NCBI GenBank assembly: GCA_963805975.1
Contig: CAWDVR010000003.1
Coordinates: forward strand, 480,001-544,000
Direction of reading: 5' to 3'
DNA length: 64,000 bases
From: an uncultured Acidobacteriota bacterium
GTDB taxonomy: Bacteria; Acidobacteriota; Thermoanaerobaculia; Multivoradales; SZUA-115
Positions 1 to 8,829 of the stretch are shown here, one piece after another; within the stretch, counting starts at the first letter, position 1; every line of letters begins with the position of its first letter. A model generated the notes under the pieces. That model had not been told where the DNA came from and searched no databases. It saw nothing but the letters and a program-made list of their open reading frames with translations. Position numbers and translations under genes: made by a program.

Positions 1-2
1 CC

Positions 3-800
3 GATGCCGCGGGCACTCCCGGCACGGACCTGACCTTCTTCCCTTGGGCACACATGGCTCCGCCGCGGCCCGGCCACGGTCTCGCCACCGAAGTGGCGCT
101 CGCCGTGCCGCCGGGCACGCTCGAACACTGGGGCGCCCGCCTCGAGCGCTACGGCACGCCGTTGAGTGCCCTCGAGACCCGCTTCGGCGAGCGCGCTCTG
201 CCGCTGGTCGACCCGCACGGCATGCGGGTGGCGCTGGTCGAGGCCGCGGACGCGCTCTCGCGGCCGTTCGTGCCCTTCGAGGACAGCCCGGTCGAGGTCG
301 CGAGCCAGATCCGTGGTCTCCACGGCGCGCGGCTCTCCGAGCGGAGCCTTTCACTGACCGCGGGCTTCCTCACCGGCAACATGGGCTTCGAGGCGGCGGG
401 CTCCGAGGACGGCTGGCACCGCTTCACGGTGGCCGGGGGCGGCTCCGGCCGCTTCGTGGACGTGGCCGAGGCACCGGGCGCTCCGCGCGGCTCCTGGGGC
501 GTGGGTTCCATCCACCACCTCGCCTGGCGGGTGGAGGACCAGGCCCACCAGCTCGAGGTGCGGGAGCGGGTGGCCGAGGCCGCACGGCCGACGCCGGTGA
601 TCGACCGCTTCTGGTTCCAGTCGGTGTACTTCAAGGAGCCGGGCGGGGTGCTCTTCGAGCTGGCCACGGACGGCCCCGGCTTCGCCGTGGACGAGGCCCC
701 CGAGCACCTCGGCGAGTCTCTGGTGCTGCCGCCCTGGCTCGAGGGCCAGCGGCGGGAGATCGAGGGAGTGCTGCCGGTGCTCAGCTTGCCGAGCGAGTAG
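3..800 (+). CDS. Ring-cleaving dioxygenase / glyoxalase (VOC, MhqO-like), 5' truncated by the window edge
   Basis: Open frame from position 3 (DAAGTPGTDLTFFPW); motifs IHHLAWRV, DRFWFQSVYFKEPGGVLFELATDGPGF. Confidence 0.9.
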   Translation, partial: DAAGTPGTDLTFFPWAHMAPPRPGHGLATEVALAVPPGTLEHWGARLERYGTPLSALETRFGERALPLVDPHGMRVALVEAADALSRPFVPFEDSPVEVASQIRGLHGARLSERSLSLTAGFLTGNMGFEAAGSEDGWHRFTVAGGGSGRFVDVAEAPGAPRGSWGVGSIHHLAWRVEDQAHQLEVRERVAEAARPTPVIDRFWFQSVYFKEPGGVLFELATDGPGFAVDEAPEHLGESLVLPPWLEGQRREIEGVLPVLSLPSE

Positions 801-855
801 ATCGAGGCGGCCGGCGCGGATGACGACGGTCATCCGCGCCGGCTGTCGGTCCTGT

Positions 856-1179
856 TTACCAGGAAGCTTCGATGGTCACGTCGATGTCGTTGAGGAAGAC
901 GAATCCGCCCCGCTGACCCTGGGTCTGGACCACCTCGTAGCTGACGCGCTGGTCGCAACAGCCGGCGCAGGTCTCGGCGTTGGAGATGGCGTCTTCGAGC
1001 GCGGCCTGGAAGTCGCCGGTACTGTCGGTGCCGGTGTAGAAGCCGGGGTTGTTGCAGGCACCGCGTGCGGCCTTCTCCTCGGCCTGGGCGCCGGCGGGCA
1101 CGGTCGGTCCGGCGAGAAGCAGGGCGATTGCCGAGGCCGCGACGGTCAGGGTGACGAGGGCGAGCAGTTTCTTGGCCAT
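856..1179 (-). CDS. Small secreted Cys-rich protein with a dodecin-like C-terminal domain
   Basis: SD AAGGAG before ATG; signal peptide MAKKLLALVTLTVAASAIALLLAGP; pattern GT.S..DF..A..DAI..A...YEVVQTQG....DVTI resembles dodecins. Confidence 0.7.
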   Translation of the reverse strand: MAKKLLALVTLTVAASAIALLLAGPTVPAGAQAEEKAARGACNNPGFYTGTDSTGDFQAALEDAISNAETCAGCCDQRVSYEVVQTQGQRGGFVFLNDIDVTIEASW

Positions 1180-1346
1180 GGTTTCTCCTTGTGGGTAGAC
1201 GCATTGCGCTTAGCGCACATGCGCAGTTTCCATGCATAACAGTGCCGTGGTTTGCTCGGGGCGGGACACCGCGGCACGGCTGACCGTCCCATCAGGAAAG
1301 ACGCAAGGCGCTCGGCTTTCGGGCCAACGGCCCTAGAATCTTCGGC

Positions 1347-1445
1347 ATGCCCACACCAGGGTTCCGGCGAGGCACCGCAGTCCTTTGTGGCCTCCTGCTG
1401 CTCGACGTGTTGACCGCGAAGATGAACACCTGGATGGCGAGGTGA
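1347..1445 (+). CDS. 32-aa small ORF or internally deleted gene remnant upstream of the PQQ-propeller gene
   Basis: MPTPGFRRGTAVLCGLLLLDVLTAKMNTWMAR*; TAGAAT at 1334-1339 lies 7 nt upstream; stop lies 2 nt before the next ATG. Confidence 0.4.
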   Translation: MPTPGFRRGTAVLCGLLLLDVLTAKMNTWMAR

Positions 1446-1447
1446 CG

Positions 1448-2752
1448 ATGAAACGTCCGGCCGCGCTCTCGTTGCTCTTCGTCGCTGCAGTCTTGGGGGT
1501 CGCTGCAGTCTCGGGTGCGCCCGCGCCCACGGTCGAGATGGTGCCGGCGCCCGGCGCGGGCGAGCACTGGCCGCGCTGGCGGGGCCCTTCGGGTCAGGGG
1601 CTGGTGGAGGACGCCGGCTACGTGGACCGCTGGTCCGCGAGCGAGAACGTGCGCTGGAAGGTGCCGGTCCCCGGCCGCGGCAACTCCTCGCCCGTGGTAT
1701 GGGGCGAGAGGATCTTCCTCACCACCGCCTACGAGGAGGGCGCCCGCCGCTCGCTCCTCGCCTTCGACCGCACCACCGGCCGCAAGCTCTGGGAGACCTT
1801 CGCGCCGCAGGCGGCGCCGGAGAGCGCCCACCCCAAGAACGGCCTCGCCTCCTCGACTCCGACGACAGACGGGGAGCGCGTGTACGCCTATCTGGGCAAC
1901 CACGGCCTGCTGGCGGTGACGGTCGAGGGCCGGCAGGTCTGGCACCGGGCCCTGGGGAGCTTCGAGGCCTACCACGGCACCGCGTCCTCGCCGCTCCTCC
2001 TGGGCGAGCGGCTGATCGTGGCGCAGGACCACCGCGGCGAGATGGGCTCGTTCCTCGCCGCCTTCGATCGCCAGACCGGCAAGCCGCTCTGGCGCACGCC
2101 GCGCGAGGCCGAGGTGGGCTGGAACTCGCCGGTGGCGGTCAAGGTCGGCGAGCGCGAAGAGGTGGTGGTCAGCGGCCAGCAGGCCGTGATGGCCTACGAC
2201 CCCGCGACAGGCCGTGAGCTCTGGCGGGCGCGCGGCAACACCTTCGAGGCGATCCCCACGCCGGTGGTGGGCGAGGGGCTCGTGTTCTGCTCCTCGGGGC
2301 GCGCCGGTCCAACGCTCGCCATCCGGCCCGGCGGCAGCGGCGACGTCACCGGCACCCACATCGCGTGGCAGGCCGCCAAGGGCTCGCCCTTCGTGCCTTC
2401 GCCGGTGGTCTACGGGGGGCGGCTCTACATGGTGAACGACATGGCCGCCATCGCCACCGCGTACGAGGCGGCGAGCGGCAAGCTGCTGTGGCAGGGCCGC
2501 CTCGGCACCGCCGAGAAGGAAGGCTTCTCGGCCTCGCCCGTGGCCTTCGGCGGCAAGGTCTTCTTCATCAACGACGAGGGCGAGACCTTCGTACTCAAGG
2601 CCGGGGACGAGTTCGAGATCCTCGCCGTCAACCGCCTGGGCGAGCGCGTGCTGTCCTCGCCGGCCCTGGTCGGCGGCACCTGGTATTTCCGAACCGAAGG
2701 CCATCTCCTGGCAGTGGCCCCGGCCCCTGCCGCGCAAGGAAGGAAAAGCTGA
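1448..2752 (+). CDS. Secreted PQQ-like beta-propeller repeat protein (BamB-like family)
   Basis: Signal peptide; WPRWRGPSGQG, SSPVVWGERIFLT, repeated D..TG..LW blades. Confidence 0.9.
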   Translation: MKRPAALSLLFVAAVLGVAAVSGAPAPTVEMVPAPGAGEHWPRWRGPSGQGLVEDAGYVDRWSASENVRWKVPVPGRGNSSPVVWGERIFLTTAYEEGARRSLLAFDRTTGRKLWETFAPQAAPESAHPKNGLASSTPTTDGERVYAYLGNHGLLAVTVEGRQVWHRALGSFEAYHGTASSPLLLGERLIVAQDHRGEMGSFLAAFDRQTGKPLWRTPREAEVGWNSPVAVKVGEREEVVVSGQQAVMAYDPATGRELWRARGNTFEAIPTPVVGEGLVFCSSGRAGPTLAIRPGGSGDVTGTHIAWQAAKGSPFVPSPVVYGGRLYMVNDMAAIATAYEAASGKLLWQGRLGTAEKEGFSASPVAFGGKVFFINDEGETFVLKAGDEFEILAVNRLGERVLSSPALVGGTWYFRTEGHLLAVAPAPAAQGRKS

Positions 2753-4179
2753 TGCTGCACCGTTTCGTGGCCTTGGCCCTGCTGCTCGCCTCGCTCACCT
2801 CCCCGGCCTCCGCCGAGGCGCCGCGGCGATTGCAGCTCGTGTTCGACGCCTCGGGCTCGATGTGGGCCCAGATCGGCGGCGAACCGCGGATCACCATCGC
2901 CCGCCGGGTACTGGCAGACATCGTGGGCAAGCAGCCGCCCGGCACCGAGGTCGGCCTGGTGGCCTACGGCCACCGTCGCGAGGCGGACTGCCAGGACATC
3001 GAGGTCCTGGTGCCCATGGGGCCGGTGACGCCGGCCGCCGTGAAGGGCCGCCTCGAAGCGATACAGCCCAAGGGCAAGACGCCGATCGGCGCCTCGGTGC
3101 GCGAGGCGTTCCGCCTGGTGCGCGAGGGTGGCAAGCCGGCGACGGTGATCCTGTTGAGCGATGGCCTCGAGACCTGCGGCACCGACCCCTGCGCCATCGT
3201 CCGGGAAGCGAAGGCGGGCGGCCTCGACTTCCTGCTGCACGTGGTGGGCTTCGGCATCGAGGAGGCCGACCTCTCCTCCCTCGAGTGCATGGCCCAGGCC
3301 GGCGGCGGCCTGTTCTTCGACGCTCGCGACGCCAGCGGCCTGGCCTCCGCGCTGGCGGGTGCGGTGGCGCCGCCGCCCGCCGCCGGCGGCGAAGAGCTGC
3401 GCGTGGGGGCCAAGGCCGACGGCAAGCTGGTGGATGCCACGGTGCAGGTCTTCCCGCGCGGCGGCAAGCAGGAGATCGCGACGGGCCGCACCTATGCCGT
3501 GCCCGGCACCAACCCGCGGACCCTGCTGCTGCCGGCCGGGAGCTACGACGTGGCGGTTACGGCGGTCACCATCTCCGGTGCCAGCCAACGCTTCGACGCG
3601 GTGAGGGTCGAGGAAGGCAAGCCGGCAGCGGTGACCGCGGACTTCTCGACCGGCGAGATCGTGGTCCGGGTGCAGCGCAACGGAGGCCTTTCCGACGCCA
3701 CGCTCGAGGTGATCTCCACGACTGAGAAGAAAGCGGTGGCGCAGGGCCGGAGCTACACCCAGGCCGCCTCCAACCCCAAGCGGTTCCGCGTGCCGGCCGG
3801 GGCCTACGAAGTGGTAGTGAGATCGGTCGAGATCGCGGGCAAGCCGGAGCAGCGCCTCCCGGCCACGGTGGCGCCCGGCAAGCCGGTGGAGCTCACCGCG
3901 GCGTTCGAGAGCGGCACGCTCCGGGTGGGCGCCACGGCAGGCGGGACGCTGGTGGACGCCACCGTGACGGTGGTGGGGGCCGGCGGCAAGGAGGCAGACC
4001 GCTGCCGCACCTATGACAAGCCGACCTCCAACCCGTGCAGCTTCGTCCTCCCTCCCGGCGCCTACAAAGTGGAGGTCGCGGCCGTCAAGCTAGCAGGCCA
4101 GCCCCGGCGCCAGCTCTCGGCGACGGTAGCGGCGGGTGGGGAGGCTACGTTGACGGCGGATCTGAGTACCAAGCCTTGA
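2752..4179 (+). CDS. Secreted VWA (MIDAS) domain protein with three C-terminal beta-sandwich repeats
   Basis: TGATG coupling; signal peptide; DASGS, KGKTPI, LSDGLETCGTDPC; three ~85-aa repeats. Confidence 0.85.
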   Translation: MLHRFVALALLLASLTSPASAEAPRRLQLVFDASGSMWAQIGGEPRITIARRVLADIVGKQPPGTEVGLVAYGHRREADCQDIEVLVPMGPVTPAAVKGRLEAIQPKGKTPIGASVREAFRLVREGGKPATVILLSDGLETCGTDPCAIVREAKAGGLDFLLHVVGFGIEEADLSSLECMAQAGGGLFFDARDASGLASALAGAVAPPPAAGGEELRVGAKADGKLVDATVQVFPRGGKQEIATGRTYAVPGTNPRTLLLPAGSYDVAVTAVTISGASQRFDAVRVEEGKPAAVTADFSTGEIVVRVQRNGGLSDATLEVISTTEKKAVAQGRSYTQAASNPKRFRVPAGAYEVVVRSVEIAGKPEQRLPATVAPGKPVELTAAFESGTLRVGATAGGTLVDATVTVVGAGGKEADRCRTYDKPTSNPCSFVLPPGAYKVEVAAVKLAGQPRRQLSATVAAGGEATLTADLSTKP

Positions 4180-4206
4180 CCGAACGGCACAGCAGGTACT
4201 CCACGC

Positions 4207-4623
4207 TCAGGGGTAGGAATCCGGCAGGAGCTGGAAGGCCCCGAGCCGGGCCGGCCGGTAGATCGAGAAGTCTCTCTGATCCAGCGTGAAAATCTTGTTG
4301 AGCCGCTCGCGCTCGGCGACTGTCACTAGGGCTGCGTCGGCCAAGTCCATCGGCAGATCCTGATACTTCCGCATCAGCTCGCGCATCCGGGGAGCGTCGG
4401 TCTCGCCGAGCGGCAGGAGGGCCAGAGCCTGACGTTCGACGAGCTCCCAGAGCGCGTCCTGCGCCTGCCACGAGAAGCCGAGCAGGTACATCGCTTCGAC
4501 GAAGGCGGGCCATACTGTACCCAAGGGCTCGCCGAACGATTGGAACGCCTTCGAGCAACGGAGGTGGTGCCGGTCGTCCTTGTGGATCAGGGCAACGAGC
4601 GGACCGGCATCGACGAGGATCAC
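4207..4623 (-). CDS. vapC: PIN-domain toxin (VapC family)
   Basis: ILVDAGPLVAL, MDLADAALV, IFTLDQRDFSIYR. Confidence 0.9.
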   Translation of the reverse strand: MILVDAGPLVALIHKDDRHHLRCSKAFQSFGEPLGTVWPAFVEAMYLLGFSWQAQDALWELVERQALALLPLGETDAPRMRELMRKYQDLPMDLADAALVTVAERERLNKIFTLDQRDFSIYRPARLGAFQLLPDSYP

Positions 4624-4886
4624 GGCCTTTGAGCTCTCCGCTGGGCGAGCACCTCACCGAATTTCTTTCCGGTCTCGATGGAGAGGTCGGGAGAGCCACC
4701 GGAGACGCAGCCGATGAGGTCGGCGACCCGTTGGAAGGGGGTCGCGAAGGTCATCTGCTCGGTGGTGTCGCGGGCGAGGCCGCGAATCGCTTCCCGCAGG
4801 ACCTCGGACTTGGTCAGAGATCTCCGCCTGGCCAGGCTCTCCAGGAGGCGTTCGGTCTCAGGATCCAGGCGCACGCTCGTCGGCAT
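4620..4886 (-). CDS. CopG/RHH antitoxin (VapB-like)
   Basis: MPTSVRLDPETERLLESLARRRSLTKSEVLREAI; DLS motif; overlaps the toxin start. Confidence 0.8.
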   Translation of the reverse strand: MPTSVRLDPETERLLESLARRRSLTKSEVLREAIRGLARDTTEQMTFATPFQRVADLIGCVSGGSPDLSIETGKKFGEVLAQRRAQRP

Positions 4887-4896
4887 GGGCCACCTC

Positions 4897-4916
4897 GTAG
4901 TACAAAACTGTACTAC
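4897..4916. promoter_or_regulatory. Perfect inverted repeat, probable antitoxin operator
   Basis: GTAGTACA-AAAC-TGTACTAC 10 nt upstream of the antitoxin ATG. Confidence 0.75.
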
Positions 4917-4965
4917 AGGGGCTCCATGGCCGCAACGAGGGGGCAAGCCCTCGAAGCTCGTCTCC

Positions 4966-7227
4966 CTACAGCACCCACGCGTACCCCACCTTGAAGAAGA
5001 AGGTCTGGTCCTGGCGGGTGAGGTCGATGCGCTCGTCGCCCAGCGAGTTGTCCGAGTAGCCGAGGAAGAGCACGGTCTGGGGATTGAGCTTGTAGGAGAA
5101 GAGGAGCTGGGAGAAGAGGCGCTCGGTCTTCGGCTCGACCACGGTCGCGGTGTAGAGGTCGGGCTGGCGAGTGATGTCCGTGTACTGGAACACGGTGCGC
5201 AGGAAGGTGCGCAGGTTGAACTGGTAGACCAGCCGGAGCTGCGTCAGGTCGGCGGTGAACAGGCGCCCGCCGGGCACGTCCAGTTGCTGGCGGGCGTGCG
5301 AGAGCTGGAAGCGGGTGTGGGTCCCCGGCGTCCAGCGCACCATGGGCTCGAGGGTGACCATCTCGCCGAGCTGGTTGTTGGTGAAGTCGATCTGGTCGCC
5401 GGCCCTCGCGAAGAGCTGGAAGAAGAGGTCGCCGGTGGCCTGCATCTCGGCGTAGGTCCAGACGAAGTTCTCTCCGAACACCGTGCCGCGCGAGGCTCGG
5501 TCGCGCGTGCCGCCGCCCACCTCGACGTACGTCTGGTGCGGCAGGGAAAGCTCTACCCGCCCTTCCACCTCGCGCTCCAGTAGGTTCCCCGCCTGGTCCT
5601 CGGTCAGGTCCCAGTCGCCGCCCGCCTTGATGCTGTTGTACCAGTCGCCCTCTTCGCCGTACCAGTTGCGGAACAGGCCGCCGAGCCAGAAGGTGTAGTC
5701 CACCTTGGGCATGAAGCCCATGTCGGCGCGGAAGCCGCTGCCGATGTCGTTGTACTCGGCGTACCAGTGCCAGTCGCGGCCCGAGTGGTCGTAGGCCACC
5801 ACGCTGGCGAGGTCGTCGAAGGTGCCGTCGGGCTGGCCGAAGCGGGAGACGACCTCCCCCGGGTACTCGGTCTGCGAGCCCAGGATCTGGAGCTTGAGAG
5901 TGTCTGCCTCGCTCGCCCGGTAGAGGCCGTCGAAGCCGGCCACGGTGTTGGTATAGCCGTCACCCGCGCGGTTGGTGAAGAGCACTCCCACCGCCGAGTT
6001 GCCCTTGAGGTCGCGCCGGTAGCGCAGCACCGTGTCCGTGGTGTCGAGGTCGAGCGACGTGGTCCTCGAGGACTCGTTGCCCGGCAGGAGGAGGTTGGTC
6101 ACCGTGTCCTCGGCGGCGAAGAGGCCCAGGCCGTGCGGGCCGGTCTTGCCGGTGAGCTTCGCCCCCCAGCGCGGATCGGCCACGTTGCGCGTGAAGACGG
6201 CGTTCAGACGGGTGGAGAAGAAGTCCGCGCCTTCGAGGAAGAACGGCCGCTTCTCGGGGAAGAAGAGCGCGAACTGCTCGTTGACCCCGAGCTGGGCGGC
6301 GTCGGCCTCGACCTGCGAGAAGTCCGGGTTCAGGGCGGCGTTGAGCGACAGGTTGGGCGTGATGCCCCAGCGCGCGGTGAGGCCGGGCTCGGTCTCCAGG
6401 TCGCCGGCCTCGAAGTCGCCCTCGGGGAACCCGCTCCGCACGTCGGTGCGGGTGGCGGTGACGGTGGGGGCGACCTCCAGGTTGCGGCCCGGCGTGATGC
6501 CCGAGAAGCCGGTGATCTTCGTCGTCTGGCAGAGGTAGCAGGAGATGTTGCGGTCCATCTTCTGGCTCGACAGGCGGTAGCGGTCCGCACGCGGGTAGTA
6601 GCGGATGGCGTCGATGCCCCAGGTCAGCTCGTGGTCGCTCGCCGGGAAGCGCAGCGACGACCAAGGGATGCGGATCTCCACCTCGTAGCCGCTCTCGGTG
6701 ATGCGGCCCGCCGACTCCCAGATCGCGTCCCAGGTGTCGTCCTCGTTGCCGGAGACGTCGTCGTTGAACATGTCCATCTGCACGCCGAGCGGGTTGACGA
6801 AGAACTCGAAGGCGCGGCGCTCGTCGTTGAAGGTGTCGAGCGCCAGGCCCACGAAGTCGTCGGAGAACGCGGTGTCGCGGTCGGTCAGGTGGGCGACGAT
6901 CGCCTCGGGATCAGGGTCGTGGGCGCGGAACGCGGCGTAGAAGGCGGTCTCGTCGTAGGTGATGAGGCACTCGGTCTCGACCCTGGCGGCGATGTTCTCT
7001 CCCGGCTTGGTCTCGAAGCGCAGCGGGATCACCGTCGCCTGCTCCCAGGCGCCCTCGTTCAACTGGCCGTCGATCGAGATCGCGGAGCCGGCCCGGCCGA
7101 TGCGATACGGAGGGCGCTCGAGCGGGTCCGTGACCTGACCCTCCGCCGCCATCACGGCTGATAAACCCAGACCTGCAAAAAGTCGCACCGCTCGCCTCTG
7201 CCGTCCGCCGATCCCGCGAATTGCCAT
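4966..7227 (-). CDS. CBM9-like / DUF5916 outer-membrane beta-barrel protein
   Basis: IDGQLNEGAW, LDTFNDERRAFEFFVNPLGVQ, NPDFSQVEADAAQ, FFPEKRPFFLEG; ends FFFKVGYAWVL. Confidence 0.85.
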   Translation of the reverse strand: MAIRGIGGRQRRAVRLFAGLGLSAVMAAEGQVTDPLERPPYRIGRAGSAISIDGQLNEGAWEQATVIPLRFETKPGENIAARVETECLITYDETAFYAAFRAHDPDPEAIVAHLTDRDTAFSDDFVGLALDTFNDERRAFEFFVNPLGVQMDMFNDDVSGNEDDTWDAIWESAGRITESGYEVEIRIPWSSLRFPASDHELTWGIDAIRYYPRADRYRLSSQKMDRNISCYLCQTTKITGFSGITPGRNLEVAPTVTATRTDVRSGFPEGDFEAGDLETEPGLTARWGITPNLSLNAALNPDFSQVEADAAQLGVNEQFALFFPEKRPFFLEGADFFSTRLNAVFTRNVADPRWGAKLTGKTGPHGLGLFAAEDTVTNLLLPGNESSRTTSLDLDTTDTVLRYRRDLKGNSAVGVLFTNRAGDGYTNTVAGFDGLYRASEADTLKLQILGSQTEYPGEVVSRFGQPDGTFDDLASVVAYDHSGRDWHWYAEYNDIGSGFRADMGFMPKVDYTFWLGGLFRNWYGEEGDWYNSIKAGGDWDLTEDQAGNLLEREVEGRVELSLPHQTYVEVGGGTRDRASRGTVFGENFVWTYAEMQATGDLFFQLFARAGDQIDFTNNQLGEMVTLEPMVRWTPGTHTRFQLSHARQQLDVPGGRLFTADLTQLRLVYQFNLRTFLRTVFQYTDITRQPDLYTATVVEPKTERLFSQLLFSYKLNPQTVLFLGYSDNSLGDERIDLTRQDQTFFFKVGYAWVL

Positions 7228-7263
7228 GATTTTCCCCCCGAGCTCCAAAGCAGCGCTACTACA

Positions 7264-7287
7264 TACGTGGTAGATGGGAAAACGTTT
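7264..7287 (-). promoter_or_regulatory. ECF-type promoter for the DUF5916 gene
   Basis: Minus strand AAAC-N16-CGTA(TGTA). Confidence 0.55.
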
Positions 7288-7360
7288 GACCATCCCGCAA
7301 GTTCCTGAGGCTAGGACGGACGGCGGTCCGTTTTTCGGGGCTGGGGTGAGGGGGCCTGCT

Positions 7361-7383
7361 AACCGCGGTAGCCTCGGCCCGTC
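7361..7383 (+). promoter_or_regulatory. ECF-type (autoregulatory) promoter for the sigma operon
   Basis: AAC-N16-CGTC ending 5 nt before ATG 7389. Confidence 0.55.
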
Positions 7384-7388
7384 CAAGC

Positions 7389-7976
7389 ATGCGTATGGAA
7401 GCCGAGGAAGCAGCCGTCGTGGAGCGGGCCCGTCAGGGAGACCGGGAGGCCTTCCGGCAGCTCGTCCTCGACCACAGCCGCAACGTGTTCCGTCTCGCCT
7501 TCCGCATCACCGGCGAGGAAGCGAGCGCCGAGGACGTGGTGCAGGAGACCTTCCTCTCGGCCTACCGCGGCCTGGCGCGGTTCGACGGCCGCTCGCGCTT
7601 CGGCACCTGGATCCATCGCATCGCCGTCAACCACTCCGTCGAGGTGCTCCGCCGCCGGCAGCAGATCACCCGGCCGCTGTCGCTCCCGGCGGGCTTCGAC
7701 GAGGGCGAAGGCGAGCTGGCCGCGCTCGAGCCCAGGAGCGGCGAGCCCGGCCCGGACCGCCACGCCGCCTCGGGCCAGATCGCGGCGGTGGCGCGCCGCG
7801 CGCTCGCCGCCCTGACGCCGATGGAGAAGACCGCCTTCGCTCTCCGCCACTTCGAGGGCCGCTCGATCGCCGAGATCGGGAGCGCCCTCGGGGTGCGGGA
7901 GAGCGCCAGCAAACAAGCCGTGTTCCGCGCCGTGCGCAAGCTGCGCGAGGCGTTGCAGCCGTTCGTCACCTGCTAG
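7389..7976 (+). CDS. ECF RNA polymerase sigma factor
   Basis: GDREAF, AEDVVQETFL, FGTWIHRIAVN; region-4 HTH SIAEIGSALG. Confidence 0.95.
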   Translation: MRMEAEEAAVVERARQGDREAFRQLVLDHSRNVFRLAFRITGEEASAEDVVQETFLSAYRGLARFDGRSRFGTWIHRIAVNHSVEVLRRRQQITRPLSLPAGFDEGEGELAALEPRSGEPGPDRHAASGQIAAVARRALAALTPMEKTAFALRHFEGRSIAEIGSALGVRESASKQAVFRAVRKLREALQPFVTC

Positions 7977-7987
7977 GGAGAGCGCCG

Positions 7988-8782
7988 ATGAAGAAGCCCA
8001 GCGAGGAGGACCTGATCATGCACTTCTACGGCGAGAAACCGGAAACCCTCGAAGCGCTCCGCGATCCCGAGGTTCGCGCGCGCTACGACGAGATCGCCCG
8101 CCTGCTCGACAGCGTGCCGCACCCTGCCGTGCCCGAGCGCCCGGTGACCTATGGGGCCGAGGTGTGGGCGAAGCTGGCGCCCCGTCTCGACGCACCGGGC
8201 TCCGGCTCCCTCGCCCCGCGACATCAGGGAGAGGGCCGGCGTGAGGGGCTCCTCCTCGGCCGCCTGTGGGCCTTCCTCACCGGCGGTGCACCGCGCTGGG
8301 CCCTGGCGGGCGCCGCCGCCGCTCTGCTGGTCACGGTGGGCTTCCTCGCCGGCCGCTTCGGGGCGCCGCCTTCGCCCGCGCCGGCGGAGGGGACGCAGGG
8401 GCTCTCGGCCGAGGCGCGGCAGCGCATCCTCACCGGCACGGTGGCGGCCCATCTCGAGGGCTCGGAGCGGCTGCTCCTCGAGAGGGTCAACCGGCCGGCC
8501 GCGGCCGAGATCGACCTCGAGGGCGAGCGCGAGTGGGCCGAGGCCCTGCTCACCACCAACCGCCTCTATCGCCGGGCCGCTCGCGAGGCGGGGCAGCGCC
8601 GCGTCGCCGCCCTGCTCGACGAGCTCGAGCCCATCCTTCTCGATCTGGCGCACGAGGGCGGCGAGCCCACGCCCGCCACCCTCGAAGAGACCCTGTTCAA
8701 GCTGCGGGTCGTCTCCGGCCGCCTCGAAGGCGCCGGCAAGGCGGTCCCGCCGCGCTCGACCCATCCACGCACTTCGACATGA
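7988..8782 (+). CDS. Membrane-spanning anti-sigma factor
   Basis: Follows the ECF; N-terminal EEDLIMHFYGE, one TM segment (WALAGAAAALLVTVGFLAG), LLDELEPILLDLAH. Confidence 0.75.
   Translation: MKKPSEEDLIMHFYGEKPETLEALRDPEVRARYDEIARLLDSVPHPAVPERPVTYGAEVWAKLAPRLDAPGSGSLAPRHQGEGRREGLLLGRLWAFLTGGAPRWALAGAAAALLVTVGFLAGRFGAPPSPAPAEGTQGLSAEARQRILTGTVAAHLEGSERLLLERVNRPAAAEIDLEGEREWAEALLTTNRLYRRAAREAGQRRVAALLDELEPILLDLAHEGGEPTPATLEETLFKLRVVSGRLEGAGKAVPPRSTHPRTST
8206..8248 (+). repeat. CCCTCTCCC-family palindromic repeat inside the anti-sigma reading frame
   Basis: ctccctcgccccgcgacatcagggagagggccggcgtgagggg resembles the reverse complement of 22205-22247. Confidence 0.7.
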
Positions 8783-8829
8783 GACGCCCGCGGACGACGA
8801 CTCCCCGGGCGTTCGACGGAGGACTGAAA

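Noticed and set aside
1233-1247. Possible sigma54 promoter CGGCAC...ATGCA upstream of the dodecin-like gene
   Set aside because: GG-GC spacing is 9 nt, not the required 10
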